Source: Fonticula alba ATCC 38817 (taxonomy: Eukaryota > Protista > Nucleariida). Taken from it: a stretch of 5,060 bases of DNA. The DNA lies in NCBI GenBank assembly GCA_000388065.2, contig KB932238.1; one strand, given 5' to 3'. Under the pieces are notes generated by a model. It was given only the letters and a program-made list of their open reading frames with translations. It searched no databases and was not told the origin of the DNA. Made by a program: the position numbers and the translations under genes. Of the stretch, positions 1 through 5,060 are shown in pieces (positions within the stretch are counted from its first letter, which is position 1; each line of letters begins with the position of its first letter).

Positions 1-533
1 TGTGATGCGCACATAGAACACCGGTCATGGCTCAAGGAGTATTGCACATACCCGAGTGTCGGGTGGCTGGGGCTGAAGTCCGGGAGGACGCCCGAAGGCG
101 CCGTTGCCAGCGGGGCCTCCGGGAGCAGGAGACCCGGGGGGGGGGGGGGGGGGGGCGAGCCGCGGCGGCCGGGCGCCCGAAGAGCACCCAGCACCGCCAG
201 AACAAGGCGGACTAGAGCCCGGGCCGGAGAAGCGACCGTCTGTTTCCAGTGGTGCTGGCGGTGGCTGACGTCGTGGCGTGGTGTTGTGGAGGACTGAGGC
301 CCATGATGGGCGAGAGGGTGTTGAGGAGTGGACAGAGAGGTGTCCGGGTGTAGGGGCGACCGGTCGTTCGGCACAACAGAAGGCACCTGTTGATGGGCAC
401 ATACCAACTGGACCAGCTGACAGCGAGGAGGAAACACGGCGCGCGGGGCCGGGGAAGGGGCCCTGGGTTTTTTTGTGATGCCGGAGAGGCAGCAAATACT
501 CGAGGCGGGATCCGGTGTGGAAAGGACGGGCAT
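1..533 (-). CDS. Probable partial spliced gene running off the left edge; frame and product undetermined
   Basis: Two identical G|GTATGTGC donor-like sites (404 and 51). A 111-nt C-rich GT-AG intron candidate at 404-294 matches the intron size of the main gene. Two minus-strand frames are open across the region, and the strand skew matches the main gene. Confidence 0.3.
   Translation of the reverse strand, partial: MPVLSTPDPASSICCLSGITKKPRAPSPAPRAVFPPRCQLVQLVCAHQQVPSVVPNDRSPLHPDTSLSTPQHPLAHHGPQSSTTPRHDVSHRQHHWKQTVASPARALVRLVLAVLGALRAPGRRGSPPPPPPPGLLLPEAPLATAPSGVLPDFSPSHPTLGYVQYSLSHDRCSMCAS
136..155 (+). repeat. G20 homopolymer
   Basis: Read directly from the sequence. Confidence 0.95.
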
Positions 534-832
534 CAGTTGTGGCAGGGGCTTCTGTTGCCTGACATCCCCCGAAACCAGGAAGGGGGAACCCTCACTGCTT
601 CGGCGACGAGTGGCCTTTGCGTGGTGGCCCTCTGGGTGAGAGGGGGGCACTCAGAGGAGCGGCCCCCCAAATGTGGCCGCATTTCGGCCAGCGCTTGGAC
701 AATGAGGCCCGGCTGGGGGTGAAGGCGGAAAGCCCCCTAAAGCAAAGCGCAGGAGTGCGGGGGCGAGATTCGCGCCTAGCCATCTCAGTTGCCAGCGCAC
801 ACATCATCTCGAAACCGCGGTCGCGCAATGAT

Positions 833-846
833 GAGAGAGAGAGAGA
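833..846 (+). repeat. (GA)7 microsatellite
   Basis: Read directly from the sequence. Confidence 0.9.
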
Positions 847-1535
847 AGGAATTGAGAAACTAAGCGGGGAGGCTACTTCTTCCGATGGCCAGGAGGAGCT
901 GGGCTAGCCTCAGAAGGCCCCCGGTCATGCCGATTTCGAGGCAAATGGCGGTCCGGGTGTTGCCGGTGCCTGGAGATACATACTGAATCAAGCAGGCAGG
1001 TGCGACTCGCCCCATCCTCTTCGGGGAGGGGGCTTTACGTGAAAGGTCCTGGGCCGAGAGCAGGAAGATGGGCACAGACAAGCGCACTCACACGGTCCGG
1101 GAGGTGAAGACTCTTGGTCGGTGCAAATGTCCAGGGGGGAATAGACACGTCGGCAATGTGGAGACGGCAGGTGGAATGCGTGCCTATTTTCAATAGAAAA
1201 CCTGCTTGTCGAGGCGCCGACGTGCAACTGGAGACACCAGCCAACTGGGATTCAAATAATACCCGGATCTGGATCGTGTCCCCAGGCACACGCCGAGAGC
1301 TTGGGCCGGATTGGAGCTAGCAATAGCCTCATGCGGGCTGAGGGGAGGATGCGCTGATGGCTGGTCGTTGCCGATTAGAGGGCAGGCCCGGCGAGGAGAA
1401 AGCTGCCCCACACGGCTCGTTCGGGCCAATCCTTCGACAGCAGTCCTGTCTCCCGGGCCCATCCATGACCAACATCGAGGATCTGAAGCTGGGGCCTTTT
1501 CCTCGAACGGAGGCCCTTCTTTCACCCTTTGACAG

Positions 1536-2756
1536 TTAGCCAGCGTCTTCGGGACCGTGCCCCGGGACATTCTCAGGGGAGAGGGACCATCGGACAATGT
1601 GCCGATGGAATTGACCATTCGACGGATGCGACCGAAAAAAAAAAAAGGGTCCCCACAAGTGGGCAGTGGGGGGCGGGTTCTCGGCATGCTCGGTCCTTGG
1701 CTTTGCGCGGTACGGTCGAGTGCGCGCCCTGTGGCCGGTAGAAAGACGAGCAGCTGCCAGAAGGCTGTGCGTGCTCCCTCCGGAGGAGGCCACGCAGCGC
1801 CTGGTGGGAGACGGGCCACACACGGACCATGGCCGCCAGAGTTTGCCGAGGTGAACTTTGGCCCTGTGTTTAGCCTGCCGGTGCAGGGCGTACGCGCTGC
1901 ACGAACCCCCGGGCACGGATCCTGCCCGGCCCGCTGGGCTTCGGTCCTTGGGAGCGATCCCCTTCGCCACGAAGGGCGGACCGGCGAGTCTCATCGAGTA
2001 ACAGCACGCTCGCACTTGCGGGTCGACCGAAGAGGGTGGCCAACACCAGGAGGGATTCTTTCATTCGTGGAACAACAAGGCCACACAGCCAAGGGCATTC
2101 TTTTGTGCTCGGTGGGCCTGTGCGCATCATCGGGGTATCACGGTCGCCTCATGGCCTCCAGACAAGCTAACCCTCAGCAATGTCGACCACGTTCGCCCAT
2201 GGACGCACCGCACGAGTGCGCGGCCCCTCGATGCCGAAGCCAATGTGGGGCATCCAGCGTAGAGGCCGGCCATCGCAAGGAGCCCCATCGTCTTGGTGCT
2301 TCCATCCGGTGCTGCCACATTCCCTTGAGTGGGGGCATATCGCCGACCCTTCCCCCGGGGAGGGGGTACCATGCAGCGGATGGCTGGTTTTCGAGAAGGG
2401 GAGACCTGTCAGGCTTTGCCAAGGCATCACTCGAGACCAGAAAGGAGAACGCTCCTTTTCGCCGACCATTCCGAGTGGGCATCCTCCAGATGGTACCTCC
2501 GGCCGTGGATTTGCAGACATCCGGGCCAAGGGCGCTCTCCCTGGCCACAGGGCCAAGTGCTCTCGCATGGCCGGATTTACGGTGGGTTCCACGGATTAAG
2601 GAGCACTCCAGGCAGGTGGGAAGCAATGTCAACACGCTGAGAGCCCCCTTGGAGCTGACTTTGGCATTGTCGCGCACCGCGACAGCCTTTCATGGGCGGC
2701 GAGTGCGACTCGCGAAAAAAATTCCCCTCAAGGCAGACAAGTGGGGATGTTGGTAA
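1536..2756 (+). CDS. Long open frame (about 400 codons), possible exon or orphan gene; no recognised domain
   Basis: Longest ORF in the window. It begins in phase 0 immediately after a strong + strand acceptor (cttctttcaccctttgacAG, 1534-1535) and ends at TAA 2754-2756. Much of the translation is Arg/Pro/Gly-rich, as expected from spurious high-GC ORFs. Confidence 0.22.
   Translation, partial: LASVFGTVPRDILRGEGPSDNVPMELTIRRMRPKKKKGSPQVGSGGRVLGMLGPWLCAVRSSARPVAGRKTSSCQKAVRAPSGGGHAAPGGRRATHGPWPPEFAEVNFGPVFSLPVQGVRAARTPGHGSCPARWASVLGSDPLRHEGRTGESHRVTARSHLRVDRRGWPTPGGILSFVEQQGHTAKGILLCSVGLCASSGYHGRLMASRQANPQQCRPRSPMDAPHECAAPRCRSQCGASSVEAGHRKEPHRLGASIRCCHIPLSGGISPTLPPGRGYHAADGWFSRRGDLSGFAKASLETRKENAPFRRPFRVGILQMVPPAVDLQTSGPRALSLATGPSALAWPDLRWVPRIKEHSRQVGSNVNTLRAPLELTLALSRTATAFHGRRVRLAKKIPLKADKWGCW
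1635..1646 (+). repeat. A12 homopolymer
   Basis: Read directly from the sequence. Confidence 0.9.
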
Positions 2757-2770
2757 TTATATATTGTAAT
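2754..2770. promoter_or_regulatory. AT-rich island (TAATTATATATTGTAAT); candidate TATA box or 3'-end processing signal
   Basis: 16 of 17 positions are A/T in a GC-rich window. Contains TATATAA on the minus strand (2763-2757) and TGTAA on the plus strand (2765-2769). Lies 250 nt past the stop of the spliced gene. Function is inferred only. Confidence 0.35.
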
Positions 2771-3019
2771 CCATGTTGGGCACAGAGGGCCGATGCACCG
2801 GCCAGCTCGGCCGACGAAGATGGGCAAGGGGGTGAGGTATTGGACGACAAGCGCTTTAAGGGGGGAAGGAGAGCAACTTGGGAAGCATGCCGGCAAGGAG
2901 TGGTGGCGGCTGATTAAAAGGGCCAGGCGTGGACCGTTCGCACCCTTCGGAGGCCCAGCCGCGCGGGGCCCGACGTGGAGGTCGGAGGGAGCCGTCGCAT
3001 ATGGCTCGTGCGGGGATGG

Positions 3020-3300
3020 TCAGGATTTACGCTGGCGGAGAAGGAGGTCCATGACCAGGGACTGGTGCTCCTGGCCCAGGCTATTGATGCAGGCCAGCAC
3101 CGGGGGCGTGCCGAGCCCGGTCGACCAGCTACACACCGCCATGTGCCGGTCGATGCCGGTATCGGTCAAACTGCAGAACTTACACACTGGGACCGGGGGG
3201 AGGGGAGGCATGCGGCCGGTTTTGACACACGCAAGAGCCTCCTGGGGGGATGGGAGGGGGCGGTTGGGGGGGGCGTGGGGTGGGGGGGGGGGGGGGGGGG

Positions 3301-3333
<33 letters not shown>

Positions 3334-4422
3334 GGCGATTTCGTCGCAAGTGGTTGTCACAGACGCAGAGAAGACCAACCACAGCCGGAGACCCGGCGAC
3401 ATCAGGCACACGGGGGGAGGGCGCATGAGTGCGTGGATGCATGGGACAAAGGCGAAGGATCGCGCGGCCGCATGGAGTCAGGCAAGGGGGATGGCCATCG
3501 AAGGGCCTGGAGACGCCGGGGCAGATGCGCCGAGAGAGGGAGGGCATCGGGGAGGGGGCAAAAAGGCGTCCGCTGCGATGGTCAACGCACAAGTGCGAGG
3601 CTCGGGCCGGCCACAATGGAAATGGCGCCCATGACGATCCAGGCCAGGTCGGTGGGGGTTTGCACTGTTCCGAGCACCGGTGTTCCGGCGGAAAAGCGAT
3701 CGGGCGAGACACAGAGGGAGAGAGAGCGGGGGGCGAGAGGGAGGAGGTAAGCGAAAAGGAAGGTCCAGGATGGCCGGAGAACCGGGCTACGCACGAGCGC
3801 CGATCAGGAGCAGGGCCAGTCCGATGGCTGGGAAAAGGATACACTGGTGACAATCATGGGGTGAGCATCGCAGCCATGTCTTGGCCAGGTCGGAGAGGGA
3901 GGAAAGGGCCGGGGCATGTGGAGGGAGGGTCGGCGGAAGTGCCGCGTACTGCGATGATGGGGAGCTTTCGGTCGAAATTTTGGATGAGCGGCGGCTCCGG
4001 GAGGGGCTTGGCCCGGTTGGAGGGAGGCCATAAGGGGATCCGATGGGTTAGATGGGACCGATGCCGGGGAGCGGCGACAAGGGCGGGGGCAAGCCCGAGA
4101 AGGACCTCGGTGATACCGTTTCATAGTACTCCCGGTAGTCGAGGAAGTTGCTGTAGGGCACGCGCTCGGGGGCCCAGATGTTGCGCTGGAGTTCCGGCGA
4201 GTAGACCACCCCCAACAGGGCGGGGTTCGAATGGACCCGGACCGCGTACTGGGGCGAGCCATAGGGGGACGTCGGGTCTGCCGGATGGGGGCTGTATGGG
4301 GGGTAGGCGCCAGCATGCCCGGGGCCCGGGGGCATGGGTGGGTGATCATAAGCAGGGGGCGGCATCTCGGCGGGCGGGGGCCCGTGAGATTGCAGCAGCG
4401 GCTCGTCAAGGTTGTAAGGCAT
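3020..4422 (-). CDS. Spliced 5-exon gene, 235-aa two-pass membrane protein of unknown function (weak TMEM230/TMEM134-like resemblance)
   Basis: Manual splice model: exons 4422-4117, 4006-3950, 3843-3795, 3664-3591, 3241-3020 (708 nt, 235 aa plus TGA). Donors GTATCA, GTACGC, GTGCGT, GTGCGT; acceptors AAG, CAG, CAG, CAG; phases 0,0,1,0 all match. Product: MPYNLDEPLLQSHGPPPAEMPPPAYDHPP...NFLDYREYYET|PLPEPPLIQNFDRKLPIIA|CILFPAIGLALLLIGA|LQTPTDLAWIVMGAISIVAGPSLAL|EALACVKTGRMPPLPPVPVCKFC...MDLLLRQRKS*. The first hydrophobic helix is assembled across the exon 2/3 junction. The start is uncertain because the frame is open upstream to about 4793. Confidence 0.62.
3242..3590 (-). other. Intron 4 (349 nt, GT-AG, phase 0) containing the poly-C tract
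   Basis: CTT|GTGCGT donor; CCCCCCAG acceptor directly after a very long C-rich tract; joins in frame to EALACVKTG. Confidence 0.6.
3282..3332 (+). repeat. G19-C-G31 homopolymer tract within a wider G-run cluster (3244-3332)
   Basis: Read directly from the sequence. Exact lengths may be affected by homopolymer sequencing error. Confidence 0.95.
3665..3794 (-). other. Intron 3 (130 nt, GT-AG, phase 1)
   Basis: C|GTGCGT donor, CT-rich tract (purine tract at 3713-3747 on +), AACAG acceptor. Removes an in-frame TAG and restores the frame into LQTPTDLAWIVMGAI. Confidence 0.7.
3844..3949 (-). other. Intron 2 (106 nt, GT-AG, phase 0)
   Basis: GCA|GTACGC donor, C/T-rich interior, CACCAG acceptor. 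Joins KLPIIA to CILFPAIGLALLLIGA, giving one continuous hydrophobic helix. Confidence 0.6.
4007..4116 (-). other. Intron 1 (110 nt, GT-AG, phase 0)
   Basis: ACG|GTATCA donor, internal CTAAC branch-like motif (4051-4047), AAG acceptor. Removes the in-frame TAA at 4050-4048. Weakest junction of the model because of the AAG acceptor and a donor less like the others. Confidence 0.45.
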
Positions 4423-4870
4423 CGGTGGGACACGGCAGCGAGGCTTTGGCGGGGCGGGGGAAGGGGGCAGGAGGAGCTCGGGGGGATGGGGCCTCGATGC
4501 TTCCCGCTGTTGGAGGCAGGCCCGCCGCACATGGGGGCAGCACCCACAAAAAGATGGGCCGAGAACATGCGTGGGCAGCTGGCGGGCGGGCTCCTGCGGT
4601 CGGGTCGCCGCCAACATGGGCCCCAGGCACTCAAGTCCGGGGGGCGGCTTTGTGCCCCGGTTTGTTGGCGGGAAGCCCGGCATCGGCTTGGGCCGGGCGA
4701 GGCGGGCCCCGCCCCTTCGGTGGGGGACGGCCGAGCGGGCTGGTGTGCAGGGCTCAGGGGCCACGCCGGGGGTGCCCAGCGTGCAGCCTGCCTCTATGTG
4801 TGCGTGGCGGTCGGGGGGGCTCGGCAGCAGGCGGCAGAGTGTCGATGGGTCCCCGCGATTCGAGCAGTAT

Positions 4871-4910
4871 GAGAGGGCAAGAGAGGGGGAGAGGGAGAGA
4901 GAGACAGGGG
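4871..4910 (+). repeat. Imperfect GA-rich purine tract (CT-rich on the minus strand)
   Basis: gagagggcaagagagggggagagggagagagagacagggg; resembles the tract in intron 3, so it is probably intronic on the minus strand. Confidence 0.75.
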
Positions 4911-4959
4911 GTTCCAGCTGATGGGAGGCATGAAGAGCGGTCGGGTGTCACACGCGCAC

Positions 4960-4998
4960 CCGGGGGCGGGTGGGCTTGCTGGTGGCCGGCGTGGCCAG
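4960..4998 (-). other. Candidate 39-nt exon (5' part of the main gene or 3' part of an upstream gene)
   Basis: Flanked by a GGCAG acceptor (5000-4999) after a poly-C tract and a G|GTGCGC donor (4959). The next candidate acceptor is CATAG at 4794. Frame not determinable. Confidence 0.28.
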
Positions 4999-5019
4999 CT
5001 GCCGGGCGGGACGCTGGCC

Positions 5020-5036
5020 GGGGGGGGGGGGGGGGG
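5020..5036 (+). repeat. G17 homopolymer
   Basis: Read directly. Lies shortly upstream (minus-strand sense) of a candidate acceptor at 5000-4999. Confidence 0.95.
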
Positions 5037-5060
5037 TGCGCCGCTCGGGGCACACACATG

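Noticed and set aside
1462-1488. LQILDVGHG on the minus strand, resembling the DVGxG start of ComEC-type metallo-beta-lactamase folds
   Set aside because: The frame is short and bounded by stops, with no HxHxDH motif or other downstream family motifs.
1357-1646. Short + ORF (1357..1539) followed by A12 as a possible retrocopy
   Set aside because: No target-site duplication seen, no recognisable parent gene, and A12 is short.
2440-2459. Hairpin GAAAGGAG-aacg-CTCCTTTT containing a Shine-Dalgarno-like AAGGAG
   Set aside because: Isolated 8-bp stem, no suitably spaced start codon, and the context is eukaryotic.
816-2681. Imperfect inverted similarity between 816-830 and 2665-2681 as possible terminal inverted repeats
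   Set aside because: About 15 matching bases with two indels in CG-rich sequence; no target-site duplication or transposase ORF.
3747-3752. Canonical AG|GTAAGC donor on the + strand
   Set aside because: It lies inside minus-strand intron 3, with no supported + strand exon or acceptor nearby.
2793-3853. Overlapping ORFs with poly-Gly or poly-Pro runs (2793..3428, 2975..3634, 3250..3750, 3166..3426 and the full 3020..3853)
   Set aside because: The runs are translations of the G/C homopolymer in all frames. Only 3241-3020 fits the splice model, and the rest is intronic or antisense.
4224-4234. GGTTCGAATGG, resembling a tRNA T-loop or Pol III B-box
   Set aside because: No complementary T-stem, acceptor stem or upstream cloverleaf; it is antisense to coding exon 1.
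1-5060. CRISPR array, prokaryotic operon or defence system, rRNA, telomeric repeats, LTR or transposase
   Set aside because: No regularly spaced direct repeats, no operon-like run of ORFs with recognisable catalytic motifs, and no conserved RNA or retroelement signatures seen on either strand.

Overview
GC-rich eukaryotic-style genomic DNA, probably from a microbial eukaryote (lineage not resolvable; CpG is not visibly depleted). It does not look like a prokaryotic accessory region. The best-supported feature is absent from the ORF track: a 5-exon minus-strand gene (4422-4117, 4006-3950, 3843-3795, 3664-3591, 3241-3020) with GT-AG introns of 110, 106, 130 and 349 nt and matching phases. It encodes a 235-aa protein with a Pro/Tyr-rich N-terminus carrying a PPxY motif, two predicted transmembrane helices and a C-terminal C-x2-C-x9-H-x3-C motif. 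Other elements are long G homopolymers and GA tracts (all on the + strand), an AT-rich island at 2754-2770, a compositionally distinct central segment with competing + and - gene models, and a probable partial spliced minus-strand gene running off the left edge. Most ORFs in the track look like artefacts of high GC and G/C runs. I found no RNA gene, CRISPR array, recognisable mobile-element protein or defence system, and I cannot support a claim of a novel multi-gene system.
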